Shown: piece by piece, positions 18,171 through 28,884 of the stretch
Layout of the letters: the number at the start of each line of letters is the position of its first letter
Numbering within the stretch: the first letter of the stretch is position 1
Origin: Gammaproteobacteria bacterium
GTDB lineage: Bacteria; Pseudomonadota; Gammaproteobacteria; Steroidobacterales; Woeseiaceae
DNA: 64,000 nucleotides
NCBI GenBank assembly: GCA_030429005.1
Contig: JAUIDP010000005.1
Coordinates: 9,525 to 73,524, forward strand
Direction: 5' to 3'
Notes under the pieces: model-generated
What the model was told of the DNA's origin: nothing
The model's input: only the letters and a program-made list of their open reading frames with translations
The model's database searches: none
Position numbers and translations under genes: made by a program

Positions 18171-19103
18171 ATGAAGCGACGAAATTTCTTGAAGGCAGTA
18201 TTGTCTGCAGCAGCTGTTACAGGTGGCCTCGGTTCCCGGTTCGCATTCTCCGGCGAATGTCCGCCGCAGCTGCTCAATGGCGTGCAACTATGGAGTGTCC
18301 GCGATCTTCTCGCCGAGGATGCACCTGGCACGCTCGAGGCAATCGGCGAGCTTGGTTTCAACGCGGTTGAACTGTTCGGTTTGGGGGGAGACCCGGTCAA
18401 AAATGCCCGTATTTTCGGACTTGAATTTGATGAACTATCGCGCATCTTGAATGCATCCGGGCTCAGCGCACGTCACTCACACACCGTGCAAAACTGGCAG
18501 GATCCTGATGCCATTGCCAGGGTCGCCGAGAAGTTGGACATCGACGTAGTAATCCTGGCAGCTGCAGAGGAATTCTTCGACCGGCAACGCGTGAGTTTCA
18601 TTCCCGCGACCAGTGTCGACCAGGTTCGGAAGCTGGCCGACAAGCTGAACACTGCCGGTGAACAATATCGTCGCCATGGGATCACATTTGCGTATCACAA
18701 CCATTGGACTGAATTTGTCCCGGTCGAAAACCAGGTGCCCCTGGACCTGCTGATTGAGCACACGGACCCGGACAATGTCCGCTTCGAACTTGATATTGCA
18801 TGGATAACCGCAGCCGGGGGAGATCCGGTCTCGTTTCTGAACAAGAACCTGGAGCGGATCGTCTCCTGCCATCTGAAGGACATCGACCAGGAGAAGGAGC
18901 TGCCAATTTCCTCGCCGACAGAGGCCTTTGTTGACGCGGTTCTCGAGCCCGGCGCCGGTACCATCGATTTTGAGCCCATCATCGAGATACTAACAAGGGG
19001 CGGCGTCACGAATGCCTTCGTGGAAGTCGACAAAGCAGATGATCCCCTGGCAGCAATTCAGCGTGGGCGATTACATCTGCAGACCCTGGGTAGCTGTGCG
19101 TAG
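18171..19103 (+). CDS. Tat-exported sugar phosphate isomerase/epimerase (xylose-isomerase-like TIM barrel)
   Basis: Twin-arginine signal MKRRNFLKAVLSAAAVTGG. AP_endonuc_2-like pattern (GFNAVEL..., YHNH..EF, ELDIAW, HLKD). Confidence 0.85.
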   Translation: MKRRNFLKAVLSAAAVTGGLGSRFAFSGECPPQLLNGVQLWSVRDLLAEDAPGTLEAIGELGFNAVELFGLGGDPVKNARIFGLEFDELSRILNASGLSARHSHTVQNWQDPDAIARVAEKLDIDVVILAAAEEFFDRQRVSFIPATSVDQVRKLADKLNTAGEQYRRHGITFAYHNHWTEFVPVENQVPLDLLIEHTDPDNVRFELDIAWITAAGGDPVSFLNKNLERIVSCHLKDIDQEKELPISSPTEAFVDAVLEPGAGTIDFEPIIEILTRGGVTNAFVEVDKADDPLAAIQRGRLHLQTLGSCA

Positions 19104-19222
19104 CTGAAAGCGGGTGGCCGGCGATCAAACCGGCCGACTGTCGGGCAATTGTCGGGTAGATTGCGTAACCGACACTGGTAGAGTTTGTCCACACTTTCGG
19201 TTCGCAAGCACTGGACGCGGTC

Positions 19223-19687
19223 ATGATCCTCAAACAATTGCGTATTGGTCGCCACCTCTCACAAGAGCAACTGGCTCAGATGTCCGGACTGAATGTCAGG
19301 ACAATTCAGAGAATTGAGAGCGGTCAAAACGCTAGCCTGGAGTCAATGAAATGCCTCGCGTCGGCGCTTGAAGTTGATATCGAAACTTTGAACCAAGAGG
19401 CCTACACGATGGACAGAAGCACTGCGGCTTGGCAAGACCTCCCTTTCTGGCTGAAATGCTGGTTTTTCATTAATTTTCTGAGCGTTCGCACCAGGCGATC
19501 GGTGGCACGCCGGATCTCCGTGCTTTCCCATGCATTTGGATTCCTGTTCTGTGTCCTCGGCTTCGCGAGTGAGGCAGCACTTGCCGGTGGACTGATATTG
19601 CTCGCGAATGCGTATCTCTTTGCCCTGTTGATGTGGCAAGGAGACAAGTACGGCATCTGGTACGACGCCGTCGACGCAACCAGCTAG
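19223..19687 (+). CDS. XRE-family HTH regulator fused to a C-terminal two-helix membrane domain
   Basis: LKQLRIGRHLSQEQLAQMSGLNVRTIQRIESGQNASLESMKCLASALEV is a canonical HTH_3 motif. Two hydrophobic helices follow. Confidence 0.8.
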   Translation: MILKQLRIGRHLSQEQLAQMSGLNVRTIQRIESGQNASLESMKCLASALEVDIETLNQEAYTMDRSTAAWQDLPFWLKCWFFINFLSVRTRRSVARRISVLSHAFGFLFCVLGFASEAALAGGLILLANAYLFALLMWQGDKYGIWYDAVDATS

Positions 19688-19781
19688 GTCGCGCCCTCCG
19701 CAACCAACCGCTTTGCCGCGCAGGAGCCCGCTTTACACTCGGGAACGTCCGGCCGGATACTTCGTATAGTTTTCCAATTTT

Positions 19782-19811
19782 TTGTCATTTATTAGGAAAA
19801 TTTTCTATATA
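19782..19811 (+). promoter_or_regulatory. Putative sigma70 promoter of the Lrp-family gene with an embedded palindrome
   Basis: TTGTCA (19782-19787), 18-nt spacer, TATATA (19806-19811). Perfect 10-bp palindrome GAAAATTTTC at 19796-19805. TTTTCC/GGAAAA arms at 19770-19775 and 19795-19800. ATG at 19843. Confidence 0.45.
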
Positions 19812-19842
19812 CTGACCTGACTTCCGATCAAGAGACCACATC

Positions 19843-20310
19843 ATGGACCGTATCGACCGGGCTATCCTCAACGCACTGCAGGACGATGCAACGCTGACCG
19901 TGGCCGAGTTGTCGACCCGCGTCGGGCTGTCCAAATCGGCCTGCTGGCGGCGCGTGCAACTGCTCGAGGAAGAAGGCGTCATCGGCGCCAGGGTCACGCT
20001 GCTGAACCAGGAGAAGCTGGGGCTGAACCTCACCGTTTATTCCGCGATTCGCACGCACGAGCACACCGCCGACTGGTTCGCCCGGTTTCACGCGATGGTC
20101 ACGGCGATGGAAAACGTCATGGAAGTGCATCGCCTGAGCGGGGACATCGACTACCTGATTCGCGCCGTCGTGCCGGACATGCGCAGCTATGACGAGATGT
20201 ACAAGGAAATGATCGCGAAGGTGGATCTCTACGACGTATCGTCGAGCTTCAGCATGGAAACGATCAAGTACACTACGGCCCTGCCCCTGCACCATCTGAA
20301 ATCCGAATAG
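19843..20310 (+). CDS. Lrp/AsnC-family transcriptional regulator
   Basis: DRIDRAILNALQDDATLTVAELSTRVGLSKSACWRRVQLLEEEGVI (HTH_AsnC) plus a C-terminal RAM/ligand domain. Confidence 0.9.
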   Translation: MDRIDRAILNALQDDATLTVAELSTRVGLSKSACWRRVQLLEEEGVIGARVTLLNQEKLGLNLTVYSAIRTHEHTADWFARFHAMVTAMENVMEVHRLSGDIDYLIRAVVPDMRSYDEMYKEMIAKVDLYDVSSSFSMETIKYTTALPLHHLKSE

Positions 20311-20314
20311 CCGC

Positions 20315-21088
20315 ATGAGCCACGAGAACGAATACTTCCCGAACATGGTGACAATGCTCGAGCTGATCTGGGGCGATGGCTACATGGCGCCCGGCGGCCC
20401 GAAGAACGTTGCGCGCCTGCTGCGCGGGCTCGACCCCGCCGGCAAGCGCATTCTCGACATTGGCAGCGGTATCGGCGGACCGGCTTTCGAAATGGCCCGG
20501 ACCCACGGCGCAACCGTCGTCGGTATCGACCTTGAGCAACCGCTGGTCGAGCGCGCCGAGGCCGATGCGGCAAAGCACGGCCTCGCAGACCGCTGCTCAT
20601 TCCAGACGGTCGTTGCTGGGCCGCTGCCGTTCGAGGACAACGCGTTCGACATCGTTGTCAGCTCCGGCGCATTCACCCAGATTGCCGACAAGCGTGGCAT
20701 TCTCGGCGAAAGCTTTCGCGTTCTGAAACCGGGCGGCAGCCTGAGCTGCTACGACTGGCTGAAGTCCGACGGCGAGTATTCAGAAGACATGCATTACTGG
20801 TTCAAGGTCGAAGGGCTGACCTACGCCATGGAGACCCTGGACAGCTATGCAAAACTGTTGGCGGACGCGGGTTTTGTCGACGTCGAGTGCGACGATGCAT
20901 CAGCATGGTACCGGCAGGAGGCGCGCAGGGAATACGAGTTGATGACCGGCGACCTCTACCCGCGCATGGTCGAACTCCTCGGCCAGACCGACGCCGATCA
21001 CTTCGTCGAAGACTGGCGGGCGATGCTCGTTGTCATCGACAAGGGTGAGATGCGGCAGGGCTACAGCCGCGGCCGTCGCCCTGCCTGA
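20315..21088 (+). CDS. Class I SAM-dependent methyltransferase (phosphoethanolamine-N-methyltransferase-like)
   Basis: Motif I ILDIGSGIGGP and post-I VVGIDL. FDIVVSSGAF...LKPGGSL. Starts 4 nt after the Lrp stop. Confidence 0.85.
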   Translation: MSHENEYFPNMVTMLELIWGDGYMAPGGPKNVARLLRGLDPAGKRILDIGSGIGGPAFEMARTHGATVVGIDLEQPLVERAEADAAKHGLADRCSFQTVVAGPLPFEDNAFDIVVSSGAFTQIADKRGILGESFRVLKPGGSLSCYDWLKSDGEYSEDMHYWFKVEGLTYAMETLDSYAKLLADAGFVDVECDDASAWYRQEARREYELMTGDLYPRMVELLGQTDADHFVEDWRAMLVVIDKGEMRQGYSRGRRPA

Positions 21089-21094
21089 GTCCCC

Positions 21095-22303
21095 CTAGAT
21101 TGACCGCGTCGCGATCGACGGCGATATGCCGCTCGCGCGTCTCGCCGGCCCAGCCACGGCCGCCTGCCCAACCAGCCACAGGATGACCATCGCGATCGGC
21201 ACGACATACCAGGCCAGTGGCGTAAGGGCGAACTCCTGCACCATGTAGATGTTCAGCGCGACAGCCAGGATGCCGCCGGTAATGATGCCCACGCTGCTGA
21301 TCAGGAAGTTCTCGATCATGAAATAGCGCATGATCTCGGGGCGGGTCGCACCAAGCGCGCGCCGTACGCCGATTTGCCTTGTGCGCCGGCTGACACTGAA
21401 GCTCGCGAGGCCGACAATGCCGAGACCGGTGATCACCGTCAGCAAGGAAACAATGAAAGTCAGCATCGTGATCATCGCGGAGTCGCCGGTGTACGAGCGT
21501 TCCCGGACTTCGGTCATCGAGCGAACATTCTCGATGATGCGATCCTTGTTCGCAGCCAGCGCCGCTTCGATGCGCGGAATCATCTCATCGCGCATCCCGG
21601 GCTCCGTGCGAATCACGTAGCGCTGGAATTCGCCGTCACGACGCGACGGCACGAGCATCGAATTTTCCACGCGCTCCCAGCCGTTCCATGGAGCCTGCAG
21701 TCGATCCACGATACCGACGATCTTGACCGGGTCGTTCTCGTTGATGAAAACCGTCTTACCGACCAGCGAACCGGTTTCCTCCGGGAACAACTCTTCGGCC
21801 AGCGCCCGGGTCAGTATGCCGGTCGCGGGCCAGGTACTGACCTCGCGGTTGTTCCAGGTGATTTCGTCCGCGGCGAAATTCTCGCCAGCAACGAGGTTGG
21901 TGCCGAAAGTCTCGATCGCGTGTTCGTCGGAGAAGTAGATCGCCGTGCCGATCCCATCCGAGTTGGGCCCCGGCTCGGTTGACAGGCTCATGCTCCAGCC
22001 GCCGGACCGCAGCGGAAACGAATTCGTTGCGATGGCATCGCGAACGCCCGGCATCCCGCGCAGCAACGCGAGGTCCTCGTCGATCATTGTGCGCATGTCT
22101 GCATCCGGAACAAAGGCAACGCTTGTCAACGTGATGATGTTGTCCTCGTCCGTGCCGCTCGGTCGCGCCATTTGCGTGGCTCGCTCCTGGATGATTGCAA
22201 TTGCGTTGACCATGATCGCCATTGTCACGGCGATTTGCAGTGCAATGAGCGCATAGCTGCTCTTGTTGCGCAGGATCGCTCGCCAGATGGGTCCCAGTTC
22301 CAT
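21095..22303 (-). CDS. ABC transporter permease, FtsX/MacB-type
   Basis: N-terminal TM helix, large periplasmic domain, and a C-terminal FtsX 3-TM module with the VRRALGATRPEIMRYF motif. Confidence 0.85.
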   Translation of the reverse strand: MELGPIWRAILRNKSSYALIALQIAVTMAIMVNAIAIIQERATQMARPSGTDEDNIITLTSVAFVPDADMRTMIDEDLALLRGMPGVRDAIATNSFPLRSGGWSMSLSTEPGPNSDGIGTAIYFSDEHAIETFGTNLVAGENFAADEITWNNREVSTWPATGILTRALAEELFPEETGSLVGKTVFINENDPVKIVGIVDRLQAPWNGWERVENSMLVPSRRDGEFQRYVIRTEPGMRDEMIPRIEAALAANKDRIIENVRSMTEVRERSYTGDSAMITMLTFIVSLLTVITGLGIVGLASFSVSRRTRQIGVRRALGATRPEIMRYFMIENFLISSVGIITGGILAVALNIYMVQEFALTPLAWYVVPIAMVILWLVGQAAVAGPARRASGISPSIATRSI

Positions 22304-22315
22304 ATCCGTCTCCGT

Positions 22316-23635
22316 CTACTGAATTCTGAGCTGTGCCGCCGGCGTCACGCTGCAGGCGCGCCAGGTCGGGTACAGGGCCGCGGCCAATGCCGAGACGATC
22401 GCCAGTGCCACCGCCGCGAGGACCATCACCCAGTCCATGACGACAAGTTTTTGCACAAACTCGAAGATGCTGAATAGGTTTTCGATGCCGCGCAGGCCAA
22501 GCCACGTCAGACCGATGCCAAGCACGCCGCCGGCCAGGCCAATCATGCTGGCCTCGACGATATACTGAGCAAACAAGGTTGCTTTGCTGGCACCGAGCGC
22601 GCGCCGCAGGCTGATGTCCTTGGTGCGTTTCATGACTTTCGCCAACAGCAGCCCGACGGTGTTCAGCAGGCAAACAATCAGGAACAGGATCGCCAGCCCC
22701 AAGAGTACGCTGACGTCCTCGTCGACGACCTCGTTGATGTCCATCCACTCCTCGACGTTGTCGAGCCGGTTGTTGAGCGGTCGTGGAAAGCGCCCGACCA
22801 GTTTCTGCTCCTCGACGTAGGCATCCAGGAATTGCAGGTAGGCGGCTTTCTCCGCCTCGCCTGGCAACTCTGCCCACATCTGTATCCAGATGCACTCGGA
22901 GTTACGAAATGCTTCGACGCCACCGTCCTCTATCGGTTTCCAGCAATTGGTGTTGCCGGCACTGCCGTGCTCGCCAGCGACCGCAACCGAGAACGGCAGG
23001 AACAATGCGGCCGGGTCATTGTACTCATTGTTATTCAGGTCATAGAACAACGGCACCGGCGACCATTCATCCAGTACGCCGACGATCCGGTAAGGCTCGC
23101 CGGACAGCGTCAACAGTTCGCCGACCGAATTCTCACCACCGAACAACTGCTCATTCAGAGCCTGGCCAATGACGACCACGCGTTCCTGTGTATCGTCCGC
23201 CGACTTGTCCCAGCCCGAACCGTGGGCAAACGGCACGTTGAACATCGCAAAGAAGTCCGCGGTCGTTGCCCGGCTTTGCGTCTGGAACGGCTTGCTGTCC
23301 TCACCCGCCGGTTGCACGACGCGCGACGACAGGAAGCTGATGACCTGCCGGTTGGCACGCCCCGCCGCGTGCAGCGCCGTTGCATCGAGGTAGGTCAGCT
23401 GCTCGGGTGGTTCGTTCGGTTCGTCGTACGGCTCGGCCGGGTCCCAGCTATCCACCCTGACGTGAAACAACTGGTCCGACTTTTCCGGGATCGGATTGCC
23501 ACTCATGATGTACTGGATCGTGACGATCGTCATACAGGCACCGATGCCGATGCCGATTGCGGCCACCATCAATGCGCTGAGGGCCGGGTTCGCCCTGATG
23601 CTCAGGATGCCGAGGCGCAGGTAGTATCGAAACAT
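22316..23635 (-). CDS. ABC transporter permease, FtsX/MacB-type (second copy)
   Basis: Same architecture as the neighbouring permease, with the LRRALGASKATLFAQY motif. 12-nt gap to the next permease gene. Confidence 0.85.
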   Translation of the reverse strand: MFRYYLRLGILSIRANPALSALMVAAIGIGIGACMTIVTIQYIMSGNPIPEKSDQLFHVRVDSWDPAEPYDEPNEPPEQLTYLDATALHAAGRANRQVISFLSSRVVQPAGEDSKPFQTQSRATTADFFAMFNVPFAHGSGWDKSADDTQERVVVIGQALNEQLFGGENSVGELLTLSGEPYRIVGVLDEWSPVPLFYDLNNNEYNDPAALFLPFSVAVAGEHGSAGNTNCWKPIEDGGVEAFRNSECIWIQMWAELPGEAEKAAYLQFLDAYVEEQKLVGRFPRPLNNRLDNVEEWMDINEVVDEDVSVLLGLAILFLIVCLLNTVGLLLAKVMKRTKDISLRRALGASKATLFAQYIVEASMIGLAGGVLGIGLTWLGLRGIENLFSIFEFVQKLVVMDWVMVLAAVALAIVSALAAALYPTWRACSVTPAAQLRIQ

Positions 23636-23653
23636 ATCGCTCTCCCGGGCTGC

Positions 23654-24352
<699 letters not shown>

Positions 24353-24375
24353 GTCTTGACTCCCAGCAAGGACAG

Positions 24376-25662
24376 TTATTGGGTGAGTAGTACCCGTTCG
24401 GCGCTACGGAACGGATCGAGGCTTGAAATAACGATTTGCTCGCCCTGGTCGAGACCGGCGACGATCTGTACGGCACCCAGGCTCCGGGCGCCCACTTCGA
24501 TGGCGCGGCGTTCGGCCAGCCCATCGGCATTCAATACATAAGTCACGCGACCGGCGCCGCTGTCGAGGAACTGCCCGCGTTGTACGTACAGTACGTCGCG
24601 AAACTCGGCCAGCAGGATGCGCGTCGTCAGGCGCTGGTTCTGTCGCAGGTTTGTTGGACCATTGCCAACAAAGCGGATGCGGCCATTGACCTGGTTGTTG
24701 ACGATCTCCGGCGAGACAGCCACCAGTTCGCCCTGGAACTTGTCACTGCCGACCATGATCTCGGTTTGCATGCCCACATCGAGGTCATCGGCGTAGCTTT
24801 CGGGAATCTGCGCATCGATCTCGAAGCGCGTCAGGTCCACGACGGCCATGACCGGCGTATCGACGGACACCGCCGCTTTCTGGTCGACGAGCAGGTCGCC
24901 GACGATGCCATTCACCGGTGACTTGATCGCGAGATCATCGACCTGCCTGCTCAGGTTGCTGACGAGCAGCTGCTGGCGCTTCAGCTCCAGCTCGCTGGCA
25001 CGGATCTCGAATGCCAGCCTTTCGTCAAACAGGTCGGCGTCGGCAACGGCATGCTCGTGTGCAACCCGCGCGTTCTCGAGGTCGTCCTGCGCTTTCTCAT
25101 AGTCGATGACCGAAATGACGCCGAGCTCGTGGGCCTGGTCCGCGCGGCGTTTTTCGCGGTCTGCGGCCGTCAGCGCCACCATGGCCAGGTCGGCTGCCTT
25201 GCGCTTGTCGAGGGCGAGTTGCCGCGATTCGATCCGTTGCCGGTCGAGTTCCACCTGCCGTTGTTCCAGTTCCGACTCGGCCTGCTCGAGCTGGTTGGCA
25301 AGATCGGGGCTGTGTACGACGCCGACGACCTGCCCTTCGACGACACGTTCGCCCGATTCGACGTTCAGGGTAATCGTGCCGGGTGCGGTCGAATACAGCG
25401 TCGGACTGACGGCGGCGACGACGCGCCCCTGCACCGACACGTCCCGGACCAGGTCGCCGCGTGTCACGGTCGCCAGGCGCACCCGGTCAAACGGTACCGA
25501 GATGGTTGCGTTAGCCCAGCGCTGGAAAACCGGCGCTCCCTGCCATGCCAGTACCAGGACGCTGAGCACCACAACCCCGACAACGATGTGTTGTTTTCGT
25601 TTGCTCGGTGGTGCCAGGCGAACATCCTGCCCCGATGTGTCCGCGATCTTCAGTGTCGTCAC
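24376..25662 (-). CDS. Periplasmic adaptor subunit (HlyD/MacA family)
   Basis: N-terminal TM anchor, biotinyl-lipoyl-like hairpin (GTITLNVESGERVVEGQVVGVVHSP), a long coiled coil and a beta-barrel domain. Confidence 0.88.
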   Translation of the reverse strand: MTTLKIADTSGQDVRLAPPSKRKQHIVVGVVVLSVLVLAWQGAPVFQRWANATISVPFDRVRLATVTRGDLVRDVSVQGRVVAAVSPTLYSTAPGTITLNVESGERVVEGQVVGVVHSPDLANQLEQAESELEQRQVELDRQRIESRQLALDKRKAADLAMVALTAADREKRRADQAHELGVISVIDYEKAQDDLENARVAHEHAVADADLFDERLAFEIRASELELKRQQLLVSNLSRQVDDLAIKSPVNGIVGDLLVDQKAAVSVDTPVMAVVDLTRFEIDAQIPESYADDLDVGMQTEIMVGSDKFQGELVAVSPEIVNNQVNGRIRFVGNGPTNLRQNQRLTTRILLAEFRDVLYVQRGQFLDSGAGRVTYVLNADGLAERRAIEVGARSLGAVQIVAGLDQGEQIVISSLDPFRSAERVLLTQ

Positions 25663-25760
25663 CTATACGTGTGTCAAATGCACCCTGTACCGGGTGCTTT
25701 TGACTTAGATGCGACAACTTCGATTTTCGTTTACAGCGATTTGCCTGGACCAGGTCCAGA

Positions 25761-27491
25761 TCAATGCTCGCGCCGGCTCCCGGGATTGAATTGCTCACCG
25801 CGCGTCCAGGACGCCGGGTCGTACGGATTGCCGGTAATTCGCCACTCCTGCATCGGGAACAGGTAGCCCTCGGCGTCCGGATTGACACCGTAGCCGTAGG
25901 TCAGGTGCCGGCGCTCGCGCGGCGCGGTCGCGTCGAGTGAAAACACCGACTGCCCGGGAAATTCAGCGTCGATACCCGCCAATGCTGCAATCGTCGCGGC
26001 AATATCCACCATTGAACTCGGTGCCGGGGATGACCGGAACGGGTGCATTGCGCCCGGTGGCTTGATCGCCAGCGTCGGCGTTGCCATTCCGACAGCGGTA
26101 GCGGTGACTTCGCCAGATTGCGGAACGTTTTCGACCGGGACCCAGGCCCCGTGGTCCGCCATCAGCACGATCAGGCTGCTGTCGTAGATGCCGAGGTCCT
26201 TCATGCGCTGCAAGACGCCGAGCACACCGAGCAACCCGCATTGCGCGTGTGTGATGACCGCCTCACGCGTCCCGGTCTTGCGGCCGTCATACTCGCAGCG
26301 GGCATTGCCAACGAACGGCCGGTGGCTCAGCATGAAGTGCATCAGTTTGTAGACCGGCGTGTCCCGCGAGACCGACATCTCCTCCTTCAGGCTGTCGAGG
26401 AACGCGAGGTCGGAAAAATACTGCAGGTGCAGGTACGAACGGCTTTGCACCATGCCCTGGAACACCCACAGTTCGTCCCGGTGTACCAGCGCTTTGCCAA
26501 AATGCGGGGCAACACGAAACAAGGCCAGGTCGATCAGTTTCGCCGCATCGAGCACGGCGAGGTCGTCCGCTGTGACATGGCCGTCCGACGTGATGCCATA
26601 GGCGTTGTTGTGCTGGCCCACTGCATAGGTATTGCGCAGCGGCACGGTTGCCATGATGTCGACCTCGTAACCGCTTGCGAAGGCACTGTTGGTAATAGTC
26701 GCTCCACTGATACTTTCGCTGACGAAGTCATCCACCGGTTGATCGTTGTAATACAGCTTGCCGCTGAGCATCGCGGGCACCGTCAGCTGCGTGTAGGGAT
26801 AGGCGCCGAGGTGCTGCTCAAAATAAGTGAATCCGCGCAGCTCCTGGCGAAAATCCCGTTCACTTGTATCGGCCAGGATTGCCGCAAAGATGTCAGACTG
26901 GAAGCCGTCCATGACGATGTGCACGATGTTGAACTCGGACGAAAACTGCATCGCTGCGGCCCGGCCCGCAGCATTGCCGGCAACACTGTCGACGGCGTAA
27001 ATTTCGGGATGCCTGCCAAGACCCGGCACGCTGGCGATTGCCTGGATGCAAAAGGTTGCGACCGCGGCAAAGAACAAGCCCTTGCCGAACCGCCGAAAAC
27101 CGAAGATCGCTACAGCCAGCAACAACACCCAGAGCGCTGAATCGAGGACTCCGCGCCAGGCATTATCGAGCCAGTGAATCGTGCTGCCATCCAGTGCACC
27201 GTACTGCCATACGAGGATATTTCCCTGTAGCCAGAACAGGACAGCCAGCGCATTCAATATTGCCAGGTAACGTTTGCGAGCATCGCCGTTCGCCAGCAAT
27301 CCGGCCAGAGTCAACACGGCGAATACAGCGAGCGCATACGGCAACATCCGGACCAGCAAACTGGTGTAGTCGCTGGCAAATTCTCGTGTATTGCCGGTGA
27401 ACACGGCCAGCGTGGCAAACAGCACAACCGTCGCTACCGGAATGGCCGCGGAAACGACAAGTCGCAACAATTCCGCCATGCGCGGTCGCAT
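25761..27491 (-). CDS. Polytopic membrane enzyme of the alkaline-phosphatase superfamily (LtaS/EptA/OpgB-like sulfatase-fold transferase)
   Basis: Start trimmed to MRPRMAELL (ATG at 27491), 2 nt from the upstream stop. The tracked N-terminal 82 aa overlap the upstream gene. About five or six N-terminal TM helices, then NIVHIVMDGFQSD (metal Asp), YPYTQLTVPAML (candidate Thr nucleophile), HFMLSHRPF and LIVLMADHG. Confidence 0.8.
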   Translation of the reverse strand: MRPRMAELLRLVVSAAIPVATVVLFATLAVFTGNTREFASDYTSLLVRMLPYALAVFAVLTLAGLLANGDARKRYLAILNALAVLFWLQGNILVWQYGALDGSTIHWLDNAWRGVLDSALWVLLLAVAIFGFRRFGKGLFFAAVATFCIQAIASVPGLGRHPEIYAVDSVAGNAAGRAAAMQFSSEFNIVHIVMDGFQSDIFAAILADTSERDFRQELRGFTYFEQHLGAYPYTQLTVPAMLSGKLYYNDQPVDDFVSESISGATITNSAFASGYEVDIMATVPLRNTYAVGQHNNAYGITSDGHVTADDLAVLDAAKLIDLALFRVAPHFGKALVHRDELWVFQGMVQSRSYLHLQYFSDLAFLDSLKEEMSVSRDTPVYKLMHFMLSHRPFVGNARCEYDGRKTGTREAVITHAQCGLLGVLGVLQRMKDLGIYDSSLIVLMADHGAWVPVENVPQSGEVTATAVGMATPTLAIKPPGAMHPFRSSPAPSSMVDIAATIAALAGIDAEFPGQSVFSLDATAPRERRHLTYGYGVNPDAEGYLFPMQEWRITGNPYDPASWTRGEQFNPGSRREH

Positions 27492-27492
27492 G

Positions 27493-28884
27493 TCAGGCAC
27501 GCTCAAACCAGTACAGTGTTCGACCGCTGGACGAGACCGTTTCGGAGCGGACGACGCGCGCGAGTTTTTGCAGGTAGCTTTCGAATGCACGCTGGTCGTA
27601 GTCATCGAACAGGTCTTCGCGCAGCTGCAGCAGGCGCTGCACCATCGGGTCCTGCTTCGGCACGAATTCCACGACACCGCGTGGCGCCATCGCGACCAGC
27701 CAGGCCAGCACGTCCGCCAGCGGCAGGTTCTTGGCAATAGCCAGGTGATGAATCAGTGCCAGGCCGACGACTGCGTCACCCTGCGCACGGCGCGCAAAGC
27801 CCATTCGTTCGGCCTGCCGCCAGCCCTGTTCCGGGCTCGGATTGGCCGCATCGAGATGCAGCGGCAGGAAGTTCAGACCGGCGTCGACCGCGCGCTGGTA
27901 GCCATAGTCGAGCGCGCCGTGGTCGAAATCGAAGCCGACAACGAGGTCGGCGCCGTTCTCCAGGGCCACGGCCGAATAGTCGCCGGTGTTGCAACCGACG
28001 TCGAACAGCAGCGCAGGTTTGGCCGACTGTACAAACTCCGCGACAAACTGGCGTTTCTTTTGCGCTTCGGCATCGGCATAGCTGTTGTCCGTCGCATAGT
28101 CCTGCCAGACCGTCGCGCTGCCGGACTTCGGCTCAAGCGCCGCAATCCATTTGCGCATGCTGTGGAGCATCTGCTCGAAGCCAATCTTCGGTAGCTTGCC
28201 TTTGCCCGCTCTGCTCGCCGCATGACCGGTCGTCGATGCGCGCTGCAGCCGCGCCTGCATATGGACATTCGTCAGCGCGTTCCAGGACAAGCGACTGCGC
28301 CACGGCAGCAGCCGGCTGAGATCATCGGCCGGGATGCCTTCGAGGCTACCGCGAAACCATGCATTGTGCGTGACACCGGTGTAGGCACGCAGTAGCAGCG
28401 GATTGACGAATTGTTCGCAGAACTGCCGGTGGCCAGCCCAGTACTCGCCGTCGACGTAACGGCGAAACGACAGGCTGTCGATAAACACCGGCCGCGGCCC
28501 GGCGAACTGGATGTTGTAGGCCGTCGCATCGGTCAGGGACACGCCCTTCTGCAGCGCCGCCTGCTGGATGTCGAGGTGTAACAGCGCCGCGGCCTGCAAT
28601 GCCCGAAACGGCCATTCATACGGATAGGAAATGAACGGCAGCCGCGGATGTTCGAGCACAATACTCGCGCCTGCCGCGTGCTCACCGAGCACCGCTGCAT
28701 CGACCTGGTTTTCACCAATCAGCCTGCCGTCACTTTGCAACTCTTCGACGAGCCCGCTTGCGCGGACGAATTCAAAATCGGCGATCGCCGATGGCATGAC
28801 AGTACGCAGGACCCTCTTATCGACATGAAAGATGCGTCCCCTCGGGTCCCGAAAGGAACCGGCCTCCGCAGCAACCTGCGTCAT
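27493..28884 (-). CDS. SAM-dependent methyltransferase with a long N-terminal extension (463 aa)
   Basis: N-terminal SFRDPRGRIF motif followed by about 280 aa of unknown fold. C-terminal class I methyltransferase with motif I LLFDVGCNTGDYS, then VVGFDFD and VVGLALIHHL. Confidence 0.75.
   Translation of the reverse strand: MTQVAAEAGSFRDPRGRIFHVDKRVLRTVMPSAIADFEFVRASGLVEELQSDGRLIGENQVDAAVLGEHAAGASIVLEHPRLPFISYPYEWPFRALQAAALLHLDIQQAALQKGVSLTDATAYNIQFAGPRPVFIDSLSFRRYVDGEYWAGHRQFCEQFVNPLLLRAYTGVTHNAWFRGSLEGIPADDLSRLLPWRSRLSWNALTNVHMQARLQRASTTGHAASRAGKGKLPKIGFEQMLHSMRKWIAALEPKSGSATVWQDYATDNSYADAEAQKKRQFVAEFVQSAKPALLFDVGCNTGDYSAVALENGADLVVGFDFDHGALDYGYQRAVDAGLNFLPLHLDAANPSPEQGWRQAERMGFARRAQGDAVVGLALIHHLAIAKNLPLADVLAWLVAMAPRGVVEFVPKQDPMVQRLLQLREDLFDDYDQRAFESYLQKLARVVRSETVSSSGRTLYWFERA

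Noticed and set aside
25761-27737. N-terminally extended ORF forms: 27737 for the LtaS-like gene, and likewise 8817, 29304, 34486, 43178, 62449, 63234, 37865 and 36357
   Set aside because: The extensions overlap the 3' end of the upstream gene or its promoter. They are Cys/Arg/Trp-rich and are followed by an internal start with a proper RBS and signal or TM sequence. These genes were trimmed to the internal starts.
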